From positions 32,211 through 96,210 of the forward strand of contig NW_021832855.1 in NCBI RefSeq assembly GCF_006345805.1: a stretch of DNA of 64,000 bases. The letters run 5' to 3'. The position numbers were made by a program, and so were the translations under genes. Of this stretch, positions 24,295 through 36,794 are shown one piece after another (within the stretch, counting starts at the first letter, position 1; every line of letters starts with the position of its first letter). Below the pieces are notes generated by a model that was not told where the DNA came from, made no database searches, and saw nothing but the letters and a program-made list of their open reading frames with translations. Source of the stretch: Octopus sinensis (taxonomy: Eukaryota).

Positions 24295-24740
24295 AAGTTT
24301 GACCGTTATGTAAACCTCCTCGGGAAATGTGAAGACGCAGGCTGGAAAGCGGAACATTTTCCCAATCGAAGTCAGATGTAGAGGGTTCGTTGGACACAGT
24401 GTGAGATGACTGCTGTTATCGCTAGGCCTAACTCATCGTAAAGTCAATACCACCATGACCGATATCCAATCTACAGTGGAGAAGGTTAGTCACTGGATTT
24501 GGTTAATAAGAGACAATGAGCGATGGCTAGAAGGATATTGAGCTTTATTTGATAACCAGCTGATCTAGCAAGCGGGGCCTCATATCAGTGAGGGGGGCCG
24601 GTGCGCATTGATGCCGTTGAGAGGTAGGCCCTGAAACGGCACGCATTCTCTCCTGATGACCCCATACACTTGTGGTATGCGGAGTTTTTGACTGGTAGCA
24701 CTTGCATGTGCAAGTTGTTTGCAAGACATCCAATTTACAA
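24295..24740 (+). mobile_element. 3-prime fragment of a restriction-like-endonuclease non-LTR retrotransposon (Hero-like)
   Basis: KFDRYVNLLGKCEDAGWKAEHF/PIEVRCRGFVGHSV...VEKVSHWIWLIRDNERW*: one frameshift near 24360, one internal TGA, stop at 24539-24541, then 3-prime UTR. Confidence 0.75.
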
Positions 24741-25006
24741 ATTACCTGTTTCATTATTCACTTAAACTTACTTTTACGACCGATTATTTATAAATGTGCA
24801 CTTTGGTGCTTATTCTTATATAAGAATAAATTTTAAACAAATTCGTATGCAAAAAATTTTACACAATTTTCTCCCCTTTTAGATTAGAATAGCTAAAAAA
24901 AGAAAGTAATAAAATATTAATCCTTTATTAAAAATAAACCTAAATAAACCGTTAAACCTGTCCAACTTTGCTTGAAACACTACTTGATTTGAAAACAGAT
25001 TTATAA

Positions 25007-25375
25007 CTAGCACTATGACCTGGCAACGTCGGGTCATAGTGCTAGTGCATGCATATACAGCTGCGTGCGCACATACACGCGAGTACTGTCCAAATCTCCG
25101 ACCAATCACATACATCTAGCTGGCATTCAATTGGCGTATCAAGTTTCGGGCATTTTGATTGGGTTTTGGATAGAAAATTCACAAAAACAGTCAGTTCTAT
25201 TGATTTTTTAATGGCTTTGCGGGGGTGACTGGGGAAATGTAAAGATGTGCAAGACCACCCTTGGACAGTTTTGAATGACCATAGAAAGTGCGAGCCCTCT
25301 AACTGAAAAATTGTGGATTTGTATAAAGGATTCACACACACACAGACAGACATTTTGCCGTTATATATATAGAGA
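25007..25375 (-). mobile_element. Non-autonomous Helitron with palindromic 3-prime terminus
   Basis: Minus strand starts A|TCTCTATATATATAACGGC and ends CTAG|T at 25007; 15-bp perfect inverted repeat at 25006-25046. Confidence 0.75.
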
Positions 25376-25498
25376 TGATTTATATATAAACCTATTATTT
25401 TATGGATATTAACCTCACCCCAAAAATATTAGGTATTGAACCAGTATTTTCTCAGATGATACCATCCCTTCATGAGGCCAATATAACCTCTATTTGAA

Positions 25499-25559
<61 letters not shown>

Positions 25560-26012
25560 AAGATAACTTTATTGGCCACCCAGGGCTGAACACAGAGGGG
25601 ACAAATACAAGTGTGGAGCTTTTCTTTTTGAAAATGAAAAAGAAAAAGGGAAAAAAAGGGAGAAAAAAAGTAAAATACCAATGAAAAGGAGTTGGGTTAA
25701 AAAAAAGGCGGTCAAAAGGGATTGTGTATCACAGAAGAAATTTTTAAAATGTAAGAAGTAAGATTAGGTTTTTCCGTGGAAAGAAAAGCCTATGGAAAAG
25801 ATCGCGGGAACCTTGGGCAGAGAGGGAATAAACACATGAGAGCAAAGTGCTCTCTCTCTCTCTCTCTCTTTCTGATTTACAGGATTATGCTCAAAGTCGT
25901 TTCATCACTCACACACACCACTTTTTTTTGAAACTTTCACGAGACAAACCCTGCCTCTCCATTCTCACCTTTTTCAAGTGGTACTTGAAAAAGTTGATGA
26001 TCAATTAGCCAG
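25560..26012 (-). mobile_element. L1/Tx1-like LINE 3-prime end in (TAGA)/(GA) microsatellite
   Basis: Decayed LIINFFKYHLKKVRMERQGLSRESF..KW at about 25890-26005, then a T-rich UTR ending gtggccaataaagttatct. The same UTR end recurs at about 36065-36340 (-), 48905-49275 (+, two copies) and 59095-59225 (-). Confidence 0.55.
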
Positions 26013-26072
26013 AGAGAGGGAGGTAGGTGAGTAGGTAGGTAGGTAGGAAGGTAGGTAGGTAGGTAGGAAGAA

Positions 26073-26107
<35 letters not shown>

Positions 26108-26365
26108 TAGATAGATAGATAGATAGAGAGACAGAAAGACAGATAAGCCGTCTGTACTCTTAATGCTCCACAGATGCTATATATACTGTTGATCAAGTAA
26201 AAATAGCAATTTAAAAGCATCTATCAATCACCTGCCAAACAACCAAACAACCAGAGACGGTACAAACACATTACTATGCTACATCTCATTGAATCAATTT
26301 GTCAAACTAAATTAACAATGACTGGGAATATTACAGCTAAAAGTTTAGACAGACAGACAGATATA

Positions 26366-26587
26366 TACTCTTTACTCTTTCACTTGTTTCAGTCATTTGA
26401 CTGTGGCCATGCTGGAGCACCGCCTTTAATCAAGCAACTCGACCCCGGGACTTATTCTTTTGTAAGCCCAGTACTTATTCTATCGGTCTCTTTTTGCTGA
26501 ACCGCTAATTAACGGGGACATAAACACACCAGCATCGGTTGTCAAGCAATGCTAGTGGGGAAAAACACAGACACACAAACATACACG

Positions 26588-26619
<32 letters not shown>

Positions 26620-26781
26620 CAACGGGCTTCTTTCAGTTTCCGTCTACCAAATCCACTCACAAGGCTTTGGTCGGCCCGAGGCTATAGTAGAAGACACTTG
26701 CCAAAGGTGCCATGCAGTGGGACTGAACCCGGAACCATGTGGTTGGTAAACAAGCTACTTACCACACAGCCACTCCTGCGC
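26366..26781 (-). mobile_element. Dominant SINE copy
   Basis: Full-length reverse match. Confidence 0.9.
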
Positions 26782-26805
26782 ATACATATACATATATGGT
26801 GGTTG

Positions 26806-28075
26806 TCTACTTCTTATGCAGAGTTTGACCTCCTCCTGTACCTACACCTTAGCATCATCATGGCATCTGTTGTGGCTTTTTAAGCTAGACAATTTTCTGA
26901 AAAGACACCCACATACATTGCACCTCCAATTTAGACCACCAAGAACTGCAGTTAGGTTCTGATCTTTGTGGATCTTAAAATGTCTCTTGAGGCCTCCATT
27001 GGATTTGCAAACCTTCTGGCATACACTGTGTTCAAAGGTGTGCACAGACATATAGGCAGAATAGTTGGTGGAGGTTTGTTTTCCATGCGTTCACAGATGA
27101 GATTTGAGGCCAGACAGGCATGGTCTGTCACAGACTGTGCACACAAAAATGTCATTGTCATTCACCTTCTCAATCGTTACATTCTTCCTTAGATCTCTTT
27201 TGAGTCTTACATGCGTTATCCTGGCCTCTTCAAATGCTTTCACTCCACTCCACACCTTTGTTCGCTATCCAACTTGATCTGGAGCAAGGGTTTCTACATC
27301 TTCTGGAACCATACCCAGTGACTTCATAGTACTCCTTATGCCGTCCTTAAACCTTTTTTTAGGTTTACACCGATAGCATTTCCCTTCTGCAAACTCACCA
27401 TAAAAGAGCTGTTTTGGCATGCATTCATCTGTCATTCGAACAATATGGTCACACCATCTCAATTGGTTCCTCAAAATCATAGCTTTAATTGAGGCGATAC
27501 CTGCAGATGTAAAGACATCTGTGTTTGGAGTAAAAGAACTCCATTTAATTTGCGATGAAGGTATTTTTGGTGGAATTGTTCTAACAATTTAAAATGACTT
27601 TCATAACAAGTCCAAGTTTCACAGGAATACAACAGGGATGGTAAGACAAATGATTTGTAAAGAGCAAGCTTTGCTTTGTTATTTATATGTCGCTGGCACC
27701 AAACATGTGACTCCAAGCCACCAAATGCTTTTGCTGCCCTTTGAATTCGCAGCTGTGTTTCTGTATCAAGATTTCCATCATTTTGAACAGAGCTTCCAAG
27801 GAAGACGAACAAATTGACAACCTCAAGTTACTTTCCCTTAACAAAAATTTTAGGGAGGTTACAAACAGCACCACACACAGGTTGATGCATTACAACTGTT
27901 TTTTTCAAGTTGATGGTCAAGTCAAAAGCAGATACAAGAGATTGCAGACCTGTTTCAGAATGACTGAGAAGATCGCAATTATCAGCGTACAAAAGATCCC
28001 CAATTAGTGAAGTAAATGAGACCATAACCTCGTGGCCTATGCCAGGGGTGTAACTAGACCACTTATGCATACCTT
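26806..28075 (-). mobile_element. 5-prime-truncated RTE-clade LINE (RT end, C-terminal domain, two C2H2-like fingers), decayed
   Basis: DLLYADNCDLL, FVFLGSSVQNDG, RIQRAAKAFGGL, LRWCDHIVRMTDECMPKQLFYGE, CQKVCKSNGGLKRHFKIH, CNVCGCLFRKLSSLKSHNRCH across several frames. Confidence 0.9.
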
Positions 28076-28969
28076 TCCTTCATTTGGACACTAAACTCTG
28101 CTTGCGAAGACCTGTTGAGGCAAATGAAATCGAAATCGAAATCAAATTTGATGACTGGCATCCATACTAGTGGAGCGCTAAGAGTACCATCTGAGCGTAA
28201 TCGTTGCCATAGCAGCTAACTGGCTTCTGTGCCGGTGACATGTAAAAAGCACCATTCGAGCGTGATCATTACCAGTGTCGCATTACTGGCACTTGGGCCA
28301 GTAGCACGGGAAAAAAACATTCATGCAAGGTCCTTGCCAGTGCTGCTGGACTGACTCCGGTGCAGGTGGCATGAAAAAAACACCATTTCGAGTGTGGCCG
28401 TTGCCAGTACTGCCTGACTGGCCCTCGTGCTGGTGGCATGTAAAAGCACCCACTACACTCTCAGAGTGGTTGGCGTTAGGAAGGTCATCCAGCTGTAGAA
28501 ACTCTGCCAGATCAGATTGGAGCCTGATGCAGCCATCTGGTTCACCAAACCGCAGTCAAATCATCCAACCCATGCTAGCATGGAAAACGGACGTTAAACA
28601 ATGATGATGATGAAGATTGTTTGACCACAGTGACAGGATGACGACTGGGTCCAGCCTGCTTGAAATAATTGGATTGTTTTGATTTCTTTACTCTGTTATA
28701 TTTCTTTGATTACTCCATAAATTCAATTGTTTTTTCTTTATAGAATATCTCTTATTCCTCATGTTGGCTGCTGAGGAGGTCATCATCAAGGTTTTACCTT
28801 ACCTGTTTATGCACATTTAAAACCTTACCTGAGGATGGGGGATTTATGCTATAATGTAATATGTGCCTCAATAAAACACTATCAAAACAGCTGTAGTAAA
28901 TTCTAAACCCATTTGCATTCTTCATTATATAAACACACACACACAAATATATATATTTATATATATTTC

Positions 28970-29378
28970 TTTCTTTCTTTCTTTTACTTGTTTCAGTCAT
29001 TTGACTGCGGCCATGCTGGAGCACTGCCTTTAGTCGAGCAAATCGACCCCGGGACTTATTCTTTGTAAGCCCAGTACTTATTCTATCGGTCTCTTTTTGC
29101 AAAACCGCTAAGTGACGGGGACGTAAACACACCAGCATCGGTTGTCAAGCAATGCTAGGGGGGCAAACACAGACACACAAACACACACACACATACATAT
29201 ATATATACATATATACGACAGGCTTCTTTCAGTTTCCGTCTACCAAATCCACTCACAAGGCATTGGTCGGCCCGGGGCTATAGCAGAAGACACTTGCCCA
29301 AGATGCCACGCAGTGGGACTGAACCCAGAACCATGTGGTTGGTTAGCAAGCTACTTACCACACAGCCACTCCTGCGCC
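28970..29378 (-). mobile_element. Dominant SINE copy
   Basis: Full-length reverse match. Confidence 0.9.
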
Positions 29379-29752
29379 TATGTATATATGTTTATATGTA
29401 TATAAACATAAATATATATTGCCTTCATCATACATGCAGTAATCATATTCGGTTAAAATGTCTTATTGATGCGTTTTGCTTCTCTTTTTTTTCCTAGGTG
29501 AGAAGATTGCCATTTTACATCATTTTATTCCTTCTGGAATAATACAAATGTTTTCTTTGAAACATGTGTCGGAAGTATAAAGATTTGAATAACACCTGCG
29601 TTTAACTCCATGTATATATATATATATAAATTAAATTAGAGATAAAACCACTATTAGGTAACTCAAACAGTGATAGACATAAAAACCAAAACATAAAAAA
29701 CAAAAATAAATATAATTAATTTTTCCCTGTAAGTTTGGATATACTCTCTAAT

Positions 29753-29784
<32 letters not shown>

Positions 29785-30048
29785 TATGAAGATAAATTAA
29801 ATATAGAGAAATTCTATTGACAATCAAATAATTAATTATATTACAATATTACATCAAATACTATGAATATAATATATAACATAACATAATATTATATAAA
29901 TAACTATAAAAACCATAAAAGGCCAACAAATTGTTTTGACTTATATATATTTTTTCTGATATACATAATCACAGTTCCATTATATAAAAAGTCACTTCAT
30001 GGTATTTGATTCACACCCCTTTGAAGGATTTCTTTTCCTCAGTTTGTT

Positions 30049-30091
<43 letters not shown>

Positions 30092-30094
<3 letters not shown>

Positions 30095-30238
30095 CCGAAA
30101 TTGCAAGGATGATCCGGTTCTTTAATGAAGATAAAAAACTTCAAATGGCCCGTCCTTGTTTCTTTGTATCGTCTATCTGGATGTTTTGTTGTCCCTTTTT
30201 GTATCACCTTGTTGTCTGGATGTCTTGTGTCCATTTTG

Positions 30239-30245
<7 letters not shown>
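30092..30245 (+). mobile_element. TA-flanked fragment of a repeat family (also 54115-54245 reversed), possibly Penelope-derived
   Basis: cagccgaaattg...ttgtatcgtct..tggatgttttg...cccattttgtatt matches the reverse complement of 54120-54235. Confidence 0.5.
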
Positions 30246-30274
<29 letters not shown>

Positions 30275-30593
30275 AGGGTTATTAGTGAGAGATTATCAAT
30301 CAGGGCAAAATATTTTATAAGCCCTTTGTTACTACACCAGGTTAACAATATTGCTTGGATTAGTAAAGAACTCCACACATTTTCCTCATCTGATTCAATT
30401 CGCCAGTTGAGTAAACCTATCAATAATGATCCTCTAATGACAACTGGAAACAGCTTTAAGTCAAAGTCACTCCAATAAAGGTAAAATATGTGATGACCAT
30501 TAGTTCTACCTTGTCATATTTATATATACATACATGCAGAAGAAAGCACCTAAGGGCAAAGCAAGGTGTTAAAACTCGTACTCAAATCCCAAA

Positions 30594-31056
30594 TCTCTCT
30601 CTATATAAATGGCAGTTTGTCTGTCTGTGTGTCTGTGTGTGTGTCAGGTTGTACCCTCACCCTGACCACGGCTTTCAACCGATTCTGATGAAACTTGACA
30701 CACACATAGCCCAATGTCATAATTCAAAACTAATGCAGCGAAAATTTTGAAAAGTTCCCCCAGTTCTGAAATAATCGATAAATTCGACATGGGGTCGAGA
30801 ATCTAAGCTTTTTATATGCAACACATTTTCTGGGCTGTACGTGGGCTGTTCACGCGTTGGGAGGCGCAATGATGTTTTCATGTTTTCACCCAAAGGGACA
30901 GCTAGGAACATCGTATACATAGAAGTATTCGAGTGAAGAGAAGACATTGCAACCTACACATGCGCCTTCGTCCCTGGAGGGAAGGACTAGATTGGGATTA
31001 GTCGTTGCCTACTAGGGGCTCTTGCATACCCGGGCAACGCCGGGCTATGCTGCTAG
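30594..31056 (+). mobile_element. Non-autonomous Helitron
   Basis: A|TC 5-prime end (tctctctctatataaatggc), 3-prime hairpin CCCGGGCAACGCCGGG then CTAG|T; no TSD. Confidence 0.85.
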
Positions 31057-31104
31057 TTTAGACTAAAATGCTGTTTTATTACACACCAAGTAAAACAAAA
31101 ACTT

Positions 31105-31153
31105 CACAACCTGTTACTCAGAGTTTCACGTAACCATTCATGAGACAGTTGTG
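31105..31153 (-). ncRNA. Degenerate hammerhead motif (core CUCAUGA)
   Basis: CACAACUGU-CUCAUGA-AUG GUUA CGU-GAAAC-UCUGA-GUA-ACAGGUUGUG; G5 is mutated, so probably inactive. Confidence 0.55.
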
Positions 31154-31261
31154 ATGAAGAGTTACAGGAAAACCTGAGTAACAGCTTGTGGAAGTTTTCT
31201 TTCAGCCTCAATAAAAAAACAGTGTGTGTGTGTGAGTGTGTGGGGGGGGTGTATATGTTTA

Positions 31262-31368
31262 AGATGATGAGGTTATGATGATGATGATAAGCACAGTGAT
31301 GATGATGATGATGATGATGGTGATGGTGATGATGATGATGATGGTGGTGATGATGATGATGGTGATGG

Positions 31369-31400
<32 letters not shown>

Positions 31401-31532
31401 GTGATGATGGTGATGATGATGATGATGAGGGTGATGATGATGGTGGTGGTGGTGGTGGTGGTGGTGATGATGATGATGATAAAGATAGTGGTGATTGTGA
31501 TGATGATGATGATGATGATGATGATGGGGATG
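31262..31532. repeat. (GAT/GGT)n microsatellite
   Basis: Directly visible; source of the poly-His/poly-Met ORFs. Confidence 0.95.
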
Positions 31533-31630
31533 AATAGATATGCTCAATCAGAACTTAATGACAAATCAGGTGACAGAAAAAAAGTTGGCATCAAGATGGA
31601 GGGGAAAAAAGATAATTCGAAAATACTTAC

Positions 31631-32714
31631 ACCGTGCATACTGTATCTTGTGCAACGCCGTCAACCGATCATTGCTCTGCGCATTAACATTTGCACCCTG
31701 TCGCAGCAAAATGTCAACAATCACGTAGCTACCGATAGATGCTGCCTGCAGCAATGGTGTTTCATGGTTCGGTGATACCACATGAATATTGCAACCAGCT
31801 TTTACCAATTCTAAGGTGATGGCTTCAGATCTGCGAGCGACGGCTAGATGTAAGGGATAATCTCCTCTTCTGTTAGGCTGGTTTAAGCTTACCCTCTCCG
31901 TTTCCAAAAGCATTTTTACCATTTCCAAACTCTTTATTTGAATGGCATAATGCAGCGGCGATGAACCGAATTTATCTGTAGCATTGACGTCGACATTGTT
32001 GTCAATGAGAACCTGGAGAATCTGCGGAGCATCAGTGTCTATGGCCATGTGAATCGGTCTTTTGTTATCAACATCGCGTGCCTCGACATTAGCACCTTTT
32101 TCGCACAGGTACCTAACGACATCGAGGTGTCCATTCCTTACAGCTTTATGCAAGGGGGTCATCCCTCCTTGAAGTAACAGAGTTTGAATTTCTATATTTG
32201 CTCGGCTCTCTTCCAACAGAACCCTGACCACCTCAATGTGACCAGCACCGGCTGCGATGTGGAGGGCTCTCTCGTCATTGTGGTTACGAGAAAGGTTTAC
32301 ATGCGACCCCTCACTAATCAGGAAACGAACAATGTCTGTGAACCCACAGTTGCATGCTAGCAATAAAGGGGTCTGTCCTTCGGAGTCGCATCGATTGAGA
32401 ACAGAGCCATTCCTGGTCAAAATTTTCACCAGTTCCAAACTGCCATTTAACACAGCATGGTGAATGGCTTTCTTACCCGTCTCGTCTGTATGGATTAGGG
32501 AAGGCAAGGGCCGTGATCCGAGAATTATCATCTCCACAACAGTCGTAGCACCATTGCGAGCCGCTACACAGACCGCCTTATCTAGATCCAGATAGTAACA
32601 GCAGTGGTTCTCGCGACAGTATTTCAGAATGGCTTCAACCCTCTCGGCATCGTTATTACTAATAGCTTCATAGAACACATTAACGAGAGCCAACATGTTG
32701 TTTAACTGAGCCAT
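31631..32714 (-). CDS. Ankyrin repeat and SOCS box (ASB-like) protein, coding exon 1 (361 codons + 1 nt; about 10-11 ankyrin repeats)
   Basis: Long ORF with serial ankyrin motifs ([53 protein letters not shown]). Ends at donor CGGT|GTAAGT (plus-strand acttac 31625-31630), phase 1. Start ATG at 32714 is the first in-frame Met after the TA microsatellite; the true start could differ. Confidence 0.92.
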
Positions 32715-32838
32715 CACTAGGGCTTTTTGACAAACATATATATATATATATCTATATGAATAAATATAAATATATATATATATGAATAAATATAAATATA
32801 TGTATGTAAGTATGTATGTATGTATATCAATGAATATG

Positions 32839-32879
<41 letters not shown>

Positions 32880-32929
32880 CAAAAACTGCCCGACGAACGG
32901 GAACGTGAAACTCAGAGTAACAGGTTTTG
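32880..32929 (+). ncRNA. Hammerhead motif of the same family, just upstream of the ASB-like start
   Basis: CAAAAACUGC-CCGACGA-ACG GGAA CGU-GAAAC-UCAGA-GUA-ACAGGUUUUG: perfect 3-bp stem II. Followed by the same tail of about 100 bp as 22896-22992. Confidence 0.7.
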
Positions 32930-33026
32930 TTGAATTTTCTGCTGCTTTAAATAAAGCATATTACTCTACCACTGGTATTTGAGTACTCTTTTTTCCACCT
33001 TGTTTCACATTTATGTGTTTACTCCA

Positions 33027-33069
<43 letters not shown>

Positions 33070-33727
33070 GTGGGGGTGGTGTATGCACAGAGACACAAAC
33101 ACACAAATAAAAAATAGGAATCACACAGCAAAAGATATCCAATATAAGCCAGATGGCCTCTGTCTTGTCTCCGAGTGTTGTAGACAACTAACAACTTGTT
33201 TCTTTTCTTTTTATCCTATCCAATCAGTTGGACAGGTGAAGAATAATTTAATATCGCAGATAACGGGGTCCCTCACATGGTCATCTAAGGCGTTGAAGAA
33301 TTCAGAAGGTGTGCTCCATCAAAGGTATCTGAAATGATACGTGAAAAGAGTTTATTTGTCAGGAAGTTATATTCAGGGTTAAACTGGTTTCAAGAATGGG
33401 ATTAAAAGGAGTTTAAAAAACTATGTAACATGAGTAAAAATAAATATCAAAGTACTGTATAGGTGCAAGTACAGTAGTGTGGTAAGCAGTTTGCTTCCCA
33501 ACCACACCGGTTCTGGGCTCAAAGAGAGATGGAACGGGTGGACCAGAGCTACATGGACCCCACCTCCCCCCAAAAAAATAATGATCAGGTTAAAAAGATG
33601 ATCACACATACACTATATTTTTTTTCTTCATTCGTTTATTACCGTTATTTTATTTTGATACCTGTTCATTGTCCGGAAATCTTTCATCACACATCTGTGA
33701 CCTCTTCAGCAACACTTTTCATTTCTA

Positions 33728-33965
33728 TACTCTTACTCTACTCTTTTACTTGTTTCAGTTATTTGACTGCGGCCATGCTGGAGCACTGCTTTTAGTCGAG
33801 GAAATCGACCCCAGGACTTATTCTTTGTAAGCGTAGTACTTATTCTATCAGTCTCTTTTGCCGAACCGCTAAGCTACGGGGACGTAAACACACCAGCATC
33901 GGTTGTCAAGCGATGTTGGGGGAGGAAGGCAAACACAACACACAAACATACACACACACACACAC

Positions 33966-34047
<82 letters not shown>

Positions 34048-34213
34048 ACGACGGGCTTCTTTCAGTATCCGTCTACCAAATCCACTCACAAGGCTTTGAT
34101 CGGCCCGAGGCTATATAGTAGAAGACACTTGCCCAAGGTGCCATGCAGTAGGACTGAACCCGAAACCATGCGGCTGGTAAGCAAGCTACTTACCACACAG
34201 CCACTCCTGCACC
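33728..34213 (-). mobile_element. Dominant SINE copy with expanded TA tract
   Basis: Full-length reverse match. Confidence 0.9.
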
Positions 34214-34270
34214 TGAAGTTGACAACTTTGCTGCTTCAAACAAAAGAATGCCATAAAATAACTCCCTTTG

Positions 34271-34333
<63 letters not shown>

Positions 34334-35180
34334 TACACACACACTCTACGTAAAACTTCTTTATGAATTGTTCTATTCCTTGCTGTGTGCACATGCAAAA
34401 TTACAGCTCAAATCCAATTGAAATTACCTTTTTCTATTCTGTAATCTTTGCTTGTGATGAGTGTATTTAAAAACCTGATCTTCAATATAAACTTATTAGG
34501 AAGTTTTCCCAGAAATCCTCACCTTTACCTGTTGTTTCTAGCATGTCCAAGGTGACATTTACACACCCACCACCTTATTTTGTTCCTAAATTTCTTCTGA
34601 TTCCTATATTTTTGTTACATGAGATTAGGATTTCACCCAAGAAACATGTTTTCAATATTTTTATGTTCTCCCTCCCCACCCCAATTTCTTCATTTTTATT
34701 TTTTACCAAATTTTTTTCTTGGTAATTCACAGAATAAAAAAACAGAGAGTACAAATCTTTAAGAATTTTCTTCTTCCTTTTTTCTTAAAGAAATACTAAA
34801 ATTTCCTTCTCAACCATCCACCCATCACCTCACCACTTTCAAAAAGCTACAAACTCCCATGTTTCACTTTTAGCTTTTTTGGAAAGTGGGAAAGTTTCTT
34901 CAGAAATAATGTCATTTACCTGTTGTTTCTAGCATGTCAGGTTTTCTGGTGGTGGTGGTCTGGTATTTCTTATATCTGCTATTTCAGTAAAATTCTATGC
35001 ATGCGTGAAACATCAGACAAAAGTGGAACATTGGGAGGTTTTAGCTTTTTGAAAGAGGGTAGGCAATGGGTGGGAGAGGTGGGTGATGGGTGGGAGAGGT
35101 GGGTAAGCAGCACAGAGTTATTTCTTTAAGAAAAATTAAACTTTAAAAAAAATACATGTTTTTTTTAAAACATGAGTGGC

Positions 35181-35571
35181 TGGAGTGGCTGTGTGGTAAG
35201 TAGCTTGCTTACCAACCACATGGTTCCGGGTTCAGTCCCACTGCGTGGCATCTTGGGCAACTGTCTTCTGCTATAGCCCCGGGCTGACCAATGCCTTGTG
35301 AGTGGATTTGGTAGACGGAAACTGAAAGAAGCCTGTCGTATATATGTATATAAATATATATATATGTATGTGTGTGTCTGTGTTTGTCCCCTTAGCATTG
35401 CTTGACAACCGATGCTGGTGTGTTTACGTCCCCGTCACCTAGCGGTTCGGCAAAAGAGACTGATAGAATAAGTACCGGGCTTACAAAGAATAAGTCCCGG
35501 GGTCGATTTGCTCGACTAAAGGCAGTGCTCCAGCATGGCCGCAGTCAAATGACTGAAACAAGTGAAAGAGT
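35181..35571 (+). mobile_element. Dominant SINE copy
   Basis: Near full-length match. Confidence 0.9.
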
Positions 35572-36064
35572 ATATATTGAACAGACGCCTTTCAGTTCGC
35601 CTTTACACATACATGTATGTGTGTGTGTGTGTATGAATGTCTGTGTGTCATTGACAGGTTGAAGTATATGACACAACAAGTGAGAACAGGTTAGTATGTG
35701 TGTGTGTGTGTGTGTGTGTCTACAACATTAGACTATGTCTCAACCACCACTGTTACCCACACCCCCACCCTGTCTTAGCTGCTTCCCCACTCCCTCCATC
35801 ATGTTGTTTACCTAAAGTCTCACCTTGATGACATCATAAGTGACTGTTCTCGTTAAGACAACACAGGATAATCCAACAACTCACATCAGTCGACTCACAT
35901 CACTCAGGTAACACTCCTGGATAGACAAACACACACACACACACATCTTGCCGTGGCAGATAAACACGTTTACTATTTGCATAAATAAACATACATACAG
36001 ACAGACAGACACACAGACAAACAGATAGGTAGACAGACAAGCAGACAAATAAATAGACACACAG

Positions 36065-36340
36065 ACAGATAAGTTTCTTTATTGGCCACACAGGGCTGCA
36101 CACAGATGGGACAAGTTACAAGGTAGAGCTTTTCTTTTGGGGGATGAAAGAAAAGAAGAAAAAAAAAAGATGGCCTAGGTTTTCGATCAAAAGGGATCTT
36201 AAAAGGGGGGAAAAAAAGGAAAAGGGAAAAGAAAAAAAAGGGAAAAGGAACAAAAGAAAAGAAAAATGAAAAAAGAAGAAAAAAGAGGGAAAAAAAGGGG
36301 AAGAGAAAAAAGGGGGAAGAGGAAAAAAAACGATCAATAG
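36065..36340 (-). mobile_element. Tx1-like 3-prime UTR fragment in TAGA/CAGA repeat
   Basis: ttattggccacacagggctgcacacagatgggacaagttacaaggtagagc matches 49220-49270 in reverse. Confidence 0.6.
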
Positions 36341-36453
36341 ACAGATAGAAAGACAGACAATAGATAAATAGCTAGATACATATATATAGCTAGCTGTTAG
36401 CTAGCTAGCTAGATAGACCAGATAGACAGATGGATAGATAGTTAGATACACAC

Positions 36454-36516
<63 letters not shown>

Positions 36517-36591
36517 AGCTAGCTAGCTAGATAGATAGATAGATAGACAGACAGATAGACAGATGGATAACTAGTTAGGTACATATATATG

Positions 36592-36622
<31 letters not shown>

Positions 36623-36794
36623 TATATATGCTAGCTAGCTAGATAGATAGATAGACAAACAAGAGATAGACAGACAGATGGATAGATATATAAGTAGGTA
36701 GAAAGGTATATACATACACATATCCATACACACACACAAACATAGATATCTGTACAATACACATATAGATATCCATATCCAAACGGCATTGATA

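Noticed and set aside
32715-32882. N-terminal 56 aa of ORF 31566-32882
   Set aside because: TA microsatellite read-through; not part of the protein.
34500-35135. Degenerate inverted repeat (about 34780-34875 / 35020-35135) and a 30-bp direct repeat
   Set aside because: Too diverged to define termini or a TSD; probably an old MITE.
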